From Camelus dromedarius (taxonomy: Eukaryota), in contig NC_087442.1 of NCBI RefSeq assembly GCF_036321535.1, forward strand, positions 5,146,001 to 5,210,000: DNA of 64,000 nucleotides. The letters run 5' to 3'. Each line of letters starts with the position of its first letter. Position 1 is the first letter of the stretch. A program made the translations under genes and the position numbers. The notes beneath the pieces are model-generated. The model saw only the letters and a list, made by a program, of their open reading frames with translations, ran no database searches and was not told the origin of the DNA. Shown one piece after another: positions 22,401-33,550 of this stretch.

Positions 22401-25400
22401 GATCTAGCGTTTATTGCTGCAGCAGGATGCTCCTTCCTGGGCAGCGCCACAAGCACCTTATCTCTGGGTGGGAAGAGGAGTGGGGGGAGAGCTCCCTATT
22501 TCAGGGCTGGGAAGTGGGCTGAGAGAGCGAGGAAGCCAAGCCAGGGCTACTGGCCGGGAGGGGCCTTATTCCGTGCCACATGTTTTCCAAGAGTACGTGT
22601 ATGTTTATGAACTTGCTGCTGTTATATACACATGTTACTCAGCACAGACAAAACACAAGCCAAAAAAAAACCTCACAAAAACAGCTCCTGCCTAGAACGC
22701 CAGGATGGGGTAAGAGAATATTGTGACGTTTGCTGGTGACACATCCTGGCACCACGTCTGTGGGTCATGGCTGAAGGGGACGCAGCTAACAGGATCACCC
22801 AGCCCGCCCCTCCTCCGTGAGCTGGAAGGAGGCCACCGTGATGCAAAAAGGCCTGGGGGCCAGGCAGGCCCTGCTGCTGAACAGTGACCTTGAATCCTGG
22901 GTCGATTCCACCCTCGGGCCACAGAAGGAGGGCTGGGCTCGAGGTCTGCATTGCATAATCGGCACTCAATTCCTTAGCGGTTTGTACCTCACAATCAAGA
23001 ATTTTATTCAATCAAGTGTGAGGCGGATATGCAGGGGCCAGCTAGTCTGCTGACTGTACTGTTCACACGAGCCCTGCCCACCAACAGGCCCACAAGCCGG
23101 CACGTCCACTTCCAGTCAGGCCCACCAGCACTTGATCTGTGGCAGATGGAAGAGCCTTTCCCTGCCACCTCACTTCCCCTCACCCCAGTTCACGATTATC
23201 CCACAGCCTGTGATGTGGAGGGGGCAGGCAGGACTGTAAGCAGGGCAGAGCAGCAGCCACGTGGGATGAAACCGCCAAACTCAAAGGATGTGAACCATGC
23301 CGGGGCCTGTGGCCAACATGCTGCAACCAAGACGCTGACTAAGAGGGGCCCAGACGCGGTCCTCCAGACATGCGCACTTGCCTCCATCTTCTCCCCAAAG
23401 AGCACGGCATGGGCTCACTTCCCACATGCCCTCCTTGAGCCAAATTGTGTGAATCGTGGTACCCAAGCATGGAGATCCCCTCAACGTGAACATGTATTGT
23501 GGCCCAGCCCTGTTGATGGTACTTCCAGGTTTTAGGAAAATACTTGGTGACAAACAGCTACTGTGAATTCAGTAACACTTCTAAATGCATTTATCTGCTA
23601 TCCATGACCATGGCCCGAGCAGGTACTCGATAAAGAAGAATTTGAATGACTGAATGGAAGTGGCAGGACATATATGAAAGCACAGTAAAAATTTTTAATG
23701 CGATACTTTAGAAAGGTGAATCCAAAAGGATATACTTCTCCATTCAATTTTTCTAACAAACGAGTATTCTTTCATTATCTTACAGGCTAAAATTAGAGCT
23801 CTTCTTCCAATACCATAGCCACTGGCCACGCGCAGTCACTGAGCACTTGGAATGTGGCCAGTCCAAATGGAGAGGTGCTGAGGGTGTGAAACAGAGTCTG
23901 AAGACTGAGTATGAAAAAAGAATGTAAGATCTCTCATTAAAATTATTTAATCTTAATTATATGTCAAAATAACGTTTCAAGGGTGGGTATAGCTCAGTGG
24001 TAGAGCACGTGCTTAACATGCACAAGGTCTTGGGTTCAATCCCCGGAAACTCCGTTAAAAAAATTATAAAAGATAACATTTCAGACATATTGGGCTGAAT
24101 AAAATATATTATTAAAATTTCACTTTTTTATTTTCTTAACATGGCTACTAAAAAATTTAAATTTACAAGTGAGCCACATATGTAATTGGTGCTGAATTAG
24201 AGGAAATGCTTTAGTCAACAGGCAAACCGTCAAATGAAGATAATGCTGGTGCCTGTGTGACACACTCCTTGTGACATGCCATGGCCCAGGCTCTCAGCTG
24301 GAACCTCAGACGAATCACGACCTGGCACCCCTGCCCAGGCCCTGCCAGGCTAGACCCACTAACCCCAAACTCTGCCCCCAGGGCTCTCCCACAGGGGTTC
24401 AGGGAGCACTGCTGGAGAAGCCACCGCCGCAGGTAGCAGGAGACACCCACTCCCATGTCCTCACCTGGTCCTCACCAGGTCCTCACCACAGCCCTGCCAA
24501 GGCAGCAACTAGCACCTAGTTTAGGAATGGTGCCGGAGCTCCATGGGAACACTTACGAGGGGCTGGGGACTGGGGCTGGTCTAAAGGCTTTGCCCGTGTG
24601 AACACACTTCATCTTCAAACCTACTCAATAAGATGGATGCTTATTAACCTCATTTTAGCAACACAAAATCCAAGACAGAGGAAGGTTATGGAACTCACCC
24701 AAGGTCACACAGGTACTGAATGTTAGGAATTTAAATCTAGACAGCCTGGCTCCAGAGCCGAATTGTACCCATTACCCCATACAGACTGTGACAGAGAAGG
24801 GAGGACGCCCAGGCTTCATTTTACCATGTCATCCAACAGTCTAGAAGCATCTAGAAGCAATAGACAAGACAAGCTTCAGAGGGACTGAAAGGTGCCAAAT
24901 CTTCACAGCTCTTCTCATCAGAGGGCCTTCATTTAAGGCTTATTTAACAAAAAAGTCCTCCAGGCAGGGAAGTACATCAGCCCCTCCCTGAAAGAAACCA
25001 GGCAGAGGAGCGGGGAGTGCCCACCAGGAGCAGAGTAGGAGCCCCGAGTGGGGTCCAGATCTCTGGCCTCCCTGCCTCGCCACACACAGAGACACAGACA
25101 CACATGAAGAGGCAGTGGTGGCTTGAATCCCACTCTAGGGGCTTGGGCCCCAAGTCTGCAAGCCATCAAAATATCAAACTAAAAGGCAAAAAGAGGACCT
25201 CCTCTCTCTCTCTCTCCCTCCTCTTTGGAGATGGCCCGCACTCTGTCTATGGAGTGTATACCTACTCTTACTCTAATCTGAGCATCCAACCCCCACACCT
25301 GGTGGCCTCTCTTACCTTTTGAAACAGCCTACACTCAATGCAGTATGTATCTCTCTAAATAAATCTGCCTTTACTCAAAAAAAAAAAGGCAAAAGAGAAA

Positions 25401-28400
25401 CTGCTGTAGTGGGAGCACCAACAGTGGCAAGGAGGGGTGCTGATAGGTAAGGTGGAAAGAAAACCCACACTATAAACAGGCACAAAAACAGCAAAGGCAC
25501 ATCCCTTTGGGACCATGCGGTGGGGGCTCCCTCCTCAGTGCCCAGAGGACAGTTCGGCTCAGGGCCCAGGAGGGCCAGAGTGCCACCTGGGGGACCAAGA
25601 TGGTGATGCCCCTCCAGCAAACAGCACTGTACACACAGTCTCTACTGGAGATGAAAACTGTCTTACACATAATAAGAAAAAGAGTAACAAATCAAGTGGA
25701 AAAAGAATAAACGATGTGAAAAGAATTAAACAAAATACACATGACCAAAAAATTTCTGTCTAATGTTGACCCTCATCAGTAATCAAATACACACAAAATA
25801 AAACAACGAAAATCATTTCATCACTTCTCTTCACCTGTCAAGTAGACGGGGTAGGGGCAGGTAATAAGCCATCACTGCCCCAGGAAACTGGAAAGGCCTT
25901 CCTGCAGGGCAGTGTGGTGTGTGTAGCTAACGTCCCCAAAAGGTCACCTGCCCAATGGCCCCACTGTTTTCTTCTTTTGGGGAATGTGTCCAAAGAAAAT
26001 AATCACACAAGTGTGTGAAGATCTACGTACCAGGGACCTTGGATCAACTTCACAGCCCTGCCCAGGGCACTAGGCAGCCTTTTCAGATCACGACAAGCAT
26101 ACACTGGGTGATCGCTCTGGGCCAGGCACCGCTGTCAGCACCTGCCTCGCCCGACCCCATCGCGCTGGCATGACCCCTCCATCTCACCTGCGGGAACTGA
26201 GGCACAGGACCTCTTCAATGACCAGCTCCTTGAGGACTCCCGGGCAGAGCATGTCACATGCTGCACACAAGTCAGGCTCAGAACCTCATACAGAGCAGAA
26301 CCTGCCCTCCCTGGACCAGAGACCCAAGACCGAGGTGGTCCAAACACTCGCCTGCGAGGTCACAGCGAGCTGTGCAGATGCAGCCAGAACTGGGCTCTAG
26401 GAAGACAGGCCAGTGCGGGGGAAGGGGTTGCGGGACAGGACGGTGTGCCTTTGTGACTCGGGCCGAGTTCTCAAAGCCAGCAGAACAGGAAGAAGAACCC
26501 AGGTATTCTGATTCCCCAGCAGGGAGCTGCCAGCAGGAGGGTGAACACAGGGGCCTTTCGTGAATCTGTGAGTCTCTGGTTCCCCTTCTCCCAGTGGAGG
26601 ATTTTCCATGAAATGCCCATTTTTTGCTGTGAAACACCAATAATATCATCAATCATGGAGTAGTAGACAGTAGATACTGCAGGATACCAGGCAGACCAGA
26701 AGGGTGCACATCAGCCAAGAACAGGTACCTGGTGGGGGGACCACATGTTTCTTCCACTTCCTTCCACATCTGAGTGTGTTATAATAAACACGCATTATTT
26801 TTGTCATTTAAATATACATTTACATTTCTTAAATGTTTAAATATTTTGGAGTGTTTCTTGATCAAGCATCTTTCTACTACACACAATATCCGTGCTGTTC
26901 ACAGAAGGGAGAGACCCCTCCAAGAGCCACTATCCAGCTGGGGATTCAAGACATCCAGAAGAAAACCACGGCAGGAAAGAAGAGCTCTGAATCATCCTTA
27001 AGTTACTTCCTAAAAGCTTCCAAAAGTTAAACTCTAGGTCAAAGTCTTCCTTGAGAGGCATCTCGGAAGGGCTGACTGGGTGTCCAGCCTGGCCCAGCAA
27101 AGCTCAGTCAGTCCATCCGTGCGAGGGGAAGCGCACCAGACCTGGAGCTGGAAAACCAGACGGAGTCCCTGGCTTTGCCGCTCCTTGTGGGGCCTTGGGA
27201 AGTGCCTCCATCGAAATCCTGGGCTATCTAATTTGCAAAATGGAGATGATAACTTGTGTAGACGAGAAGACTGCAAAGGACTGCAGAGGCTGACAGCCTC
27301 CAGCAAGCAGGCGGAGAATGTTAACGGGTGGAACACTGTGCAGCCCAGCGTCTGCGTCCTCAGAGCAGGTGTTCCAGGTCCCCTCCCCTTCCCGCTTCCA
27401 GAACCCTAGTGCTCAGCTTCAACCTCCAAAACTAGCTGCCCCTTACCCTTGGCCTGCGTGGTGGACGTGGGCTAGGCATCAGGAGGAACACAATCTTGTT
27501 CAACTAATTTCAAGTTACCTGCATGTTAAGAAGAGAATGGGGGCAAGCCAAAGGGTCCTGTGTTTGGCTGATGCTGAATGGTCTGCTTCCCTAGCTTCAG
27601 CTCCCCAAGCTAGGGCCTCTTTCCATCCTCCGCTCCTGAGGTTCTGAGAAAAGAGACTCGCTGACAGCTGCTAAGAGGGGCTCACAGTCAAATGCACACT
27701 GTGCACACTAAGAGCTCACTAATCCACTTCTCCTCCTGCCTGGCCTCCCTGTAGCCCTGCTCCCTCTGATCCAGCTGAAAGCGTTCTCAAATGCAACCTG
27801 CGGTATGCCTCCTGCTTTGACCCTCCCAAGACAGCCCATCTCCTGCAGGCTTAAGTGCCATCTCCAACGGTCTCCTGGAACATGGAGAGGGGCAAATAAA
27901 TTAATACAGGATAAAGCATTACAGGCTCCCAACCCAGGGTCCTCCTGTCTGTCCCCCGGGGACTCAACGCTCTAGCCACACAGACCAGCCTGCTTGAACC
28001 CCGCGCTCCACTTTCACTGGCCCTTGCTGCCTTTGCAAACCTGTTCCATCTGCATGGAATGCCTCCCACACCCCACAACTGGCACACACATTCAATTAAA
28101 GAAATAAATGGTAGAGGAAAGTTATAGTATGTGTCAGCCACAGGGGACTCAGGAGCAAGAATTGTCTTATGTGTACGGTGTCTTCCACCTGGCAGACAGC
28201 TGGAGTGCAGTGAACAAGGTTTGATGGGGGGTGAGATGTGTGTCCATCTCTCTGCCGCCTGAGTTCATGCAGTCTTGGGGTCTTGAAAAGTATTCCCTAG
28301 TCTCTAACCTTTACCCTGATTTTCTTAAAATCTGGGCTTTATTCCCGCCACTTCCAATCCCCCCTCTGGCACCTCCTACAGGCTGGTCCATTCACCTTCT

Positions 28401-31400
28401 AGGTCCAGAGTGCTGGCTCAGCCCCTTCCTTCCCCACCTCCCCTTTCCTCTTGCTTTCCACTGCGCTCAGTGCAACTGGGCCACACAGGAGGAGCTAAAT
28501 AAATGTATCTGGAACAAATGCATCGTTCCCTGGCCACTGGCACCCACACGGATATCCTCTTTTTCAGAATTCCTAAAGCTCTTTTGTGCCAAGTCCTAAA
28601 TAACCAGTCCCCCACCAGGTACTCACTCCCTCAACTAGCTGATTACCAGAATGGCCCGGGGAAGTTACAAACGTAAATCCCTAGGCCCCCATCCCAAACC
28701 CACCAAATCAGATCCCTCGGAGGGAGCCTCAGAAATGAGCACTTGAGCAAGTCCCGCAGGTGAGTCTTACCGGCAGGTTGGGGAATGCCCACCCCCAGAG
28801 CAGGAAGAAAGGCAAATTAGCAAATTAGCTCAGAGGAGAGCTTCTCCGTCTCCAAAATGAGCACAATTCTCTGCATCACAGGGGTGTGGCTAGGATCTAG
28901 TCACGAACACAGACAAACAAGGGACAAACTAAAGCCCCAGGCAGGCTGCAGAAAGAGTGTGCCCCGCCCTGTCTGACTGTCCGGCCCACAGCTCCAGGGC
29001 CCCTACTCTCTCTAGCCTCGATTTAAACCAGACAGGAAAACCCGCACCTCTTTTTACCTGAATCTTTAGAATGTTACAGAGCAGGGAGCCCACAGAGGCA
29101 GGCAGACGATGCCCCTGTGACTGAGGAAGAGTGAGGGAGGAACAGGCCAGCCAGGTGACTGACCTCTCCAAGGAACTTCACTGCTTAAAAACCCGTAGGG
29201 GAAAACCAAGGGGGATGGGAACGAGTTACCGAGTTGACAAAGCCGGGTACCTGCACACACTAGCTGCAGGGCATGCCTGTGGCTGCTGTCCATTCCAGGC
29301 CCTGCCTATGGGCCTCCCCCTGGGCAGACCTCCCTGGGTTCACATCTACTCAGGGACAAGCCAGCCTTTCCAGGCCACCTGCTGGGATCCCAAGGGCTGC
29401 TTCTCCCAACAGTTCATGCGGGCTGCTGGCTCACTTGTCCCAGGATCCCGTGTTCCACGTGCCCAGGCTGTCCCCCATCTGGACCAATGCCTGCTTCCTC
29501 TGCAGCCCTCTTTCTAGGACACAGCCAGGACACCCAGGCAAGTCCAGGGAGCTCCCCTCCCTGCAGGCTCCTGCCTGAGGCCCCAAGGATCCTTGCCAAT
29601 CCTGGCTTAGGTCCCTAGCTTCTCTGAGCCTCAGTGTCCCCTCTCCCCCGTCCCAGGTGAGACTGGTCCAAAGGCTCTGCACGTGGTGAGCTGTCTATCC
29701 CTCCATCCCAGCTCCTGGTTATACCTCTCTCATCCCCTAAGACGGAAGGGTGGACAGGTTTTCTCTTTCCTTGGCCTTTGGTGGGAAAAGGAACTTTTCA
29801 AAACGGTCTGCCTCCCTTGAAATCCTGTCCTGAAACACAGGAAAGCTGAAAGTTCCTCTGCTTTTTCCTGCCCTGGCCACGGGCTCAGAGGCTGAAAGAA
29901 GCGAGAAGGACAGGAGGGCAAGTTGCCACTGCACTTCCTCCGGCCCAAATGCATCCTGACCGCATCTCCCCGATCACCTTCAGAGCTGGGACACATGCAC
30001 CCTTCACTGAAGTATTGTCACCGAGGGAGGCTTATTACATGCTAGGAAAATGCCATCCCTTCCCACTGAGAGGCTCATCCCTAGTAAACAGGATCAGCCT
30101 CCCAGGCTATGAATATGTTTATGTAACATAACAGCCTCGACGTAGGTCTGCTGGGCCCTGGCAGGGGGGACTCAGTCAGGCTGAGTGAGAAGCTATTCCC
30201 CTCCCTCCAACAAGAAAGAAGATGGGGACGCTGCTTTGCAGGACAGCAGCAATATGGTTTGGCAGATGGAGAGAGAAAGGATATAGGGCAGAAATTGGAG
30301 AAGGTGTTTTCTGGGCTTTTTTTTTTTTTTTTTTTTTGCTGCCTGCCTACAGCAAAGCTGGTGACAGAAGTGGGAAAGCTAGAGTGAGGTGGGTAATAAA
30401 GATGGGCTCCAGGAGAGAGGCTGGGAAAAAGAGGAGGGAGAAGGAGGAAAGAGCTGGGAGGCCTTGCCAAGAAAGAGTAGGGAAGCAGGGACCAGGAGAG
30501 CTGGGAACGGATGTGTGAGGAGCAGCTGGGCCTGGTGACAATGAGACATCAGGTCTCAGGATCCGCGATGGTGATACCAAGCTTCCAGCCGAGGCAGACG
30601 GAACATGGGGTACTTCCAAACCGCAGCGGGGAAGTTGGTCAAGGGGGAGGGCTCTAAGAGGGGAAATCTGGCCTGTCATGTTGAATTCAAGACTGGGGGT
30701 GGGGGGTGAAAACACAAGTGTGTCCCAGGAACTGTGGCCTCCACATCACCCCAATGCCCAGTCAGAGACCTCCTGAGCTCGGGGAGGGGGGCGCTCTGTT
30801 AAGGAAGCTGGAATGAGATGTGGAATCCAGCCCATTCCTGCCTCTCCCAGCTTTGGCTGCTTTCCGCTCCCCCTCCTGTGTCTGTCCCACCGAGTCTCTT
30901 CACCCTCCAAAAGGGGTGGTGGGGGTGGGGGTGGGGGCGGCATCTGGGAGCTGACTGGGAACTTCTCTGACTTCCTCATGAGAAACAGTGAAGCTACAGG
31001 GAATGGCAGCTGTCCCCACTCCACCCCTTCAGATTCAGGAGGAAAAATTGGTCATCTCCTCTCTCTGGGGCCCCGGCTCACACAAATGCCATCTCCTGGT
31101 CCCCAGCCACACGGATGATTCAGGCCATTTACTCAGATCTATGCTAATGAGTTTTTTTTATCATCTAATTAGTTCACAGTGAACTCAGCCTTGAGAGGAA
31201 TGAGAGAGCGCTGGAGGAAGGAATCAGACAGGAATGTTACCAGAAAAGGGCAGGACCCCAGCTCTAAATGGGGTCCCTTACCCACGAAAGACCAAATGCT
31301 CCTTCCTCAGCTATGCAGACCTCTGAAAGCAGAAAAGGGGTGTTCAGATGAAGGAGCCCATAGAGCCTCACACAAAGAGAGAAAGATGGGAGTACGGCCC

Positions 31401-32860
31401 TAACTGTGAGGCCCAAGGAGTGGACAGGCCCCTGCCCACAACTCCGTGTCACCAGCAAAAGGCCTTGCACTCTCCGTGTGTTTCCACTGAGGTCGAACCC
31501 ACCACCTGCTGGTGGGTGTCCCCCTTCAAATGGAGCGGGAGGTGGAAGCAGATGGTCCAGGATGAGGCCCATCTGCCCGACTGGCGCTCAAAGGTCACCA
31601 GGCCACTGGGGTGCCTGCGGGTGTGGCCCGCCCCCACCACACCAGGGGTCTTGGGGCATCTAGCGGCACCGTGCACCCACTTCCTCTGCCCCTCCGCAAC
31701 TGAAGTCCAGGGCCGAGAGCCTAGAGAACGGAGGGCTGGAAAGCTCAGTGGCCCGGGGTTCTGGTCCCTGACGCCTGGTGCCGTGTCTCTGGAGGTCGGT
31801 CAGCGCCCAGCAGCCCCGAGCCCGCCTCCCGAGCTGCTCCCTAGAGAGCAGTGGCGGGTGCCCGGCGCGCGTAGGACCCAGCGAAGGCGCTACTGGCCCC
31901 GCCGGCGCCTCCCACGCGGCCGCGGATACCGAGCCCCGCGCCAGGCCCGGCCCGCGCCCGCCCGGCCGCGACAGCGTCGGGGATGTGCGTCGGGAGAGGG
32001 AGTTCGGCGAGCGCCACCCTCCGGGGCCTGCGGGCGCTGGGCCCGGGAATGCTGCCATCTACTAACGGGAGGCTCCGAGCCGATCCCCTGCTCCGCCGCG
32101 GGCAGGGCCGGGGCAGCTGCTGAGAAGCCTCTCCAGCAGCGGCCCCACCTCCCGGCCCGCCGAGGCCCTCCGCCGCGCCCACCCTCCTCGGCCATGCCTG
32201 ACCAGACCTGGCCTGAGGTCCCCTGAACCTCTGCAGCTCCTAGTGCACCCGTCCCTGGAGCGACACCACCTTCACGCCCTGGAGCACTGAGATCAAAAAA
32301 CGTGTCCCCTGGCACGGGACCTGCCTGCCCCCAGCCCCAAAGTGTCCCCAAACGAGAAATGGCGAAGCCTGGCCGCCGGCGCTGCAGAGCCACAAACCGC
32401 GTGGCCCGGACCTCAGGCGCGCGAGGACCCCCGACAGGTAGAGAGTGGCCGGAACGGGCCCTAAAAGCTCCCAGCCGGCGCCGGAGGGGCCACCGAGCCC
32501 CTCTTCCCGCAGCCCAGAGCTCAGCTCACCCTCGATGGAGATGACGTGCTCCCGGATCTGGTTCTGCAGCGCCAGGTCCTCGATGCGCTCGATTAGGTCG
32601 TAGATGGCGTANNNNNNNNNNNNNNNNNNNNNNNNNNNNNNNNNNNNNNNNNNNNNNNNNNNNNNNNNNNNNNNNNNNNNNNNNNNNNNNNNNNNNNNNN
32701 NNNNNNNNNNNNNNNNNNNNNNNNNNNNNNNNNNNNNNNNNNNNNNNNNNNNNNNNNNNNNNNNNNNNNNNNNNNNNNNNNNNNNNNNNNNNNNNNNNNN
32801 NNNNNNNNNNNNNNNNNGCTGCTGCTGCGGGCTCTGCCCCCCGCCCGCCTGGAAGTTCAT
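2780..32860 (-). CDS. AGAP3: AGAP3 (centaurin gamma-3), coding exons 1-8 (N-terminus and GTPase-like domain); 3' part lies beyond the left window edge
   Basis: Exons: 32530-32860 ([14 protein letters not shown]...[27 protein letters not shown], partly masked), 6295-6353 ([20 protein letters not shown]), 5945-6032 ([12 protein letters not shown]-loop), 5676-5761, 5387-5528, 4837-4971, 4587-4714, 2780-2938 (ends KRRSNIFT, partly masked). All have GT-AG boundaries and phases chain to 1128 nt = 376 codons. Intron 1 is about 26.2 kb. Confidence 0.97.
7480..8720. promoter_or_regulatory. CpG island / internal AGAP3 promoter
   Basis: Very high GC and CpG density surrounding the alternative first exon. 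Confidence 0.8.
7540..8467 (-). CDS. AGAP3: Alternative first coding exon of AGAP3 (309 codons + 1 nt, [19 protein letters not shown]...GLLGAPS)
   Basis: ATG at 8467-8465, open frame for 928 nt, donor G|GTAAGA at 7540/7539. Phase 1 matches exon 2 (G|AC = Asp). Lies in a CpG island. Confidence 0.85.
10338..10403. repeat. Perfect (AC)33 microsatellite
   Basis: Uninterrupted AC dinucleotide run of 66 nt in AGAP3 intron 1. Confidence 0.97.
12220..12415 (+). mobile_element. MIR SINE remnant
   Basis: ctggagaactgggttcaaattcagcctctg...gtgcctggtacacagcaggtgattaataaa resembles the MIR core and 3' end. Boundaries approximate. Confidence 0.6.
12642..12945 (+). mobile_element. MaLR LTR fragment (MLT1-like)
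   Basis: Starts tgttatgggctaaactg and contains the MLT1-typical gaagtcctaacccccagtacc...gaatgtgaccttatttggaaat...gtccttataaaagaggg. Confidence 0.8.
14150..14345 (-). mobile_element. MIR SINE remnant
   Basis: cccattttgcagatgaggaatctgagg...taacttgcccaaggtcacagctgg is a reverse MIR core. Confidence 0.75.
15790..16560 (+). mobile_element. Old L1 (L1M-type) 3' fragment
   Basis: AT-rich, with L1 ORF2-end/3'UTR-like motifs (gaaattaaaaatgaag, aaactgaaagcaaccagagtgtcca). Subfamily not assignable. Confidence 0.45.
16958..17272 (+). mobile_element. 5'-truncated artiodactyl-type L1 3' end with target-site duplication
   Basis: Contains gtatatataaaatagataaacaag...gtatagcacagggaaatatattcaatatcttgt...ctgactatacctcaataaaaa plus an A-rich tail. 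TSD ataaaagcacattta (16943-16957) / ataaatgcacattta (17273-17287), 14/15 identical. Confidence 0.88.
17490..18060 (-). mobile_element. Old L1 fragment, antisense
   Basis: Reverse L1 motifs (caccagcaacgtatgagaac, gcatttccctgattact, gcatttcctcttctctgaattgtc). Boundaries approximate. Confidence 0.55.
18100..18870 (+). mobile_element. Old L1 (L1ME/MC-like) 3' UTR fragment
   Basis: Motifs such as attcctgtcaaaagggtttaacctgggtctcatcaag and ttctcaggtgtgacactggtattatg resemble L1M 3' UTRs. Confidence 0.45.
19155..19944 (-). mobile_element. Antisense artiodactyl-type L1 3' end, split by a solo LTR
   Basis: The T-tail and ttaattgaag (19155-19179) resume as gaagtatagtcgatttacaat...gaccttgtggttt (19783-19944). 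TSD attagacaatgttctt (19139-19154) / attagacaatattatt (19945-19960), 14/16 identical. Confidence 0.82.
19180..19782 (+). mobile_element. ERV1-like solo LTR (603 bp)
   Basis: Starts TGTTAGG and ends GTGATA (degenerate TG...CA). Flanked by a 4-bp TSD GAAG (19176-19179 / 19783-19786). TATAAG at 19587-19592, AATAAA at 19693-19698, internal (TCAA)n near 19540-19562. Confidence 0.8.
20030..20215 (+). mobile_element. MIR SINE remnant
   Basis: ccagacttcctgggttcaagtcctgcctctg...tctcagtttccttatctgcaagatggg. Confidence 0.7.
23810..24185 (+). mobile_element. hAT-Charlie DNA transposon remnant (MER3/MER33-like), interrupted by a SINE
   Basis: catagccactggccacg...ctgagcacttggaatgtggccagtcc at the start and aacatggctactaaaaaatttaaatttaca at the end. 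Family assignment from memory. Confidence 0.65.
23980..24069 (+). mobile_element. tRNA-Ala-derived SINE, Vic-1-like (camelid)
   Basis: gggtgggtatagctcagtggtagagcacgtgcttaacatgcacaaggtcttgggttcaatccccggaaactccgtt plus an A tail. A box TAGCTCAGTGG, B box GGTTCAATCC. TSD aaaataacgtttca (23966-23979) / aagataacatttca (24070-24083). Confidence 0.85.
24600..24770 (-). mobile_element. MIR SINE remnant
   Basis: cctcattttagcaa...cagaggaaggttatggaactcacccaaggtcacacagg...gacagcctggctccagagcc. Confidence 0.6.
25196..25387 (+). mobile_element. Polyadenylated retrocopy of an LTR R-region-like sequence with a long TSD
   Basis: 181-bp body, AATAAA at 25358-25363, A11 tail at 25377-25387. TSD aaaaggcaaaaagag (25181-25195) / aaaaggcaaaagag (25384-25397). 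Confidence 0.7.
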
Positions 32861-33550
32861 GGCTCCGGAGCCGCGGGGCCCAAGGCGGGCCCGGCCAGGG
32901 CCCGGGGCGGCGCTGCGGCGGCGGCGGGCGGGCGCGCGGGGCTGGCGGGGCCGGGACTACGGAGCCGGCGGCCCGGGGCTAGTGCATGGGGCCGGGGACT
33001 CGGGGCCGAGGCCGGGAGGCGCCGCCGCGCACGCTGTGGCCGCCGCTGCCGGGCGCTTCCCAGCGCCGCGATCCCGCTGCCTCCAAGCAGCCTCCAGCGG
33101 CAACAACAACGGGACCGGGAGCGCGCGGCCCGGGCCCTCCCCCCGCGTCATGCGCACGCACCGCCGCCCCCGCCGGCTCCGACACAACGCAGCTCGAGCC
33201 CCCCTTCCCGCCGCCCCCGCCCCTCCTGCGCGCGGGCCCCAGCGCCCCCGCCCCTCGCTTTCTGGCTCTGCAGCCTCCACCCCCGAGCCGCGCGCTCCAG
33301 CCCCAGCCGCCGGGCCCCTCCCACCCAGCCTTGGCCCTTCCGCCTCCTCTCCAGCCCCTACCCACAACCGCCGCGAGGGCCACTCGCTTAGAGGGGATGG
33401 CTGCCTTGCCCTCCTGCCGGCATCGGCTGTCGCTTTCGCCTCCCTGCGCTGGTCTGGGTTGGGTGTCCGATCTCTGGTCAGTGCCCGAACAGTGCCGTGC
33501 TCCTGAGGGTGCTGATGAGTGCGGCTGATTGGCCGAGGAAGGTCGCCAGC
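31750..33550. promoter_or_regulatory. CpG island, main AGAP3 promoter and exon 1
   Basis: High CpG density. NRF1-like TGCGCACGCA at 33151-33160. Confidence 0.85.

Noticed and set aside
23981-24055. Functional tRNA gene (apparent Val-AAC or Ala)
   Set aside because: A-rich tail, 14-bp TSD, mismatched stems and insertion inside an old transposon indicate a SINE copy.
31348-32226. 292-aa antisense ORF near the AGAP3 promoter
   Set aside because: Starts at a non-ATG codon, runs through a CpG island and has low-complexity Arg/Pro/Gly composition.
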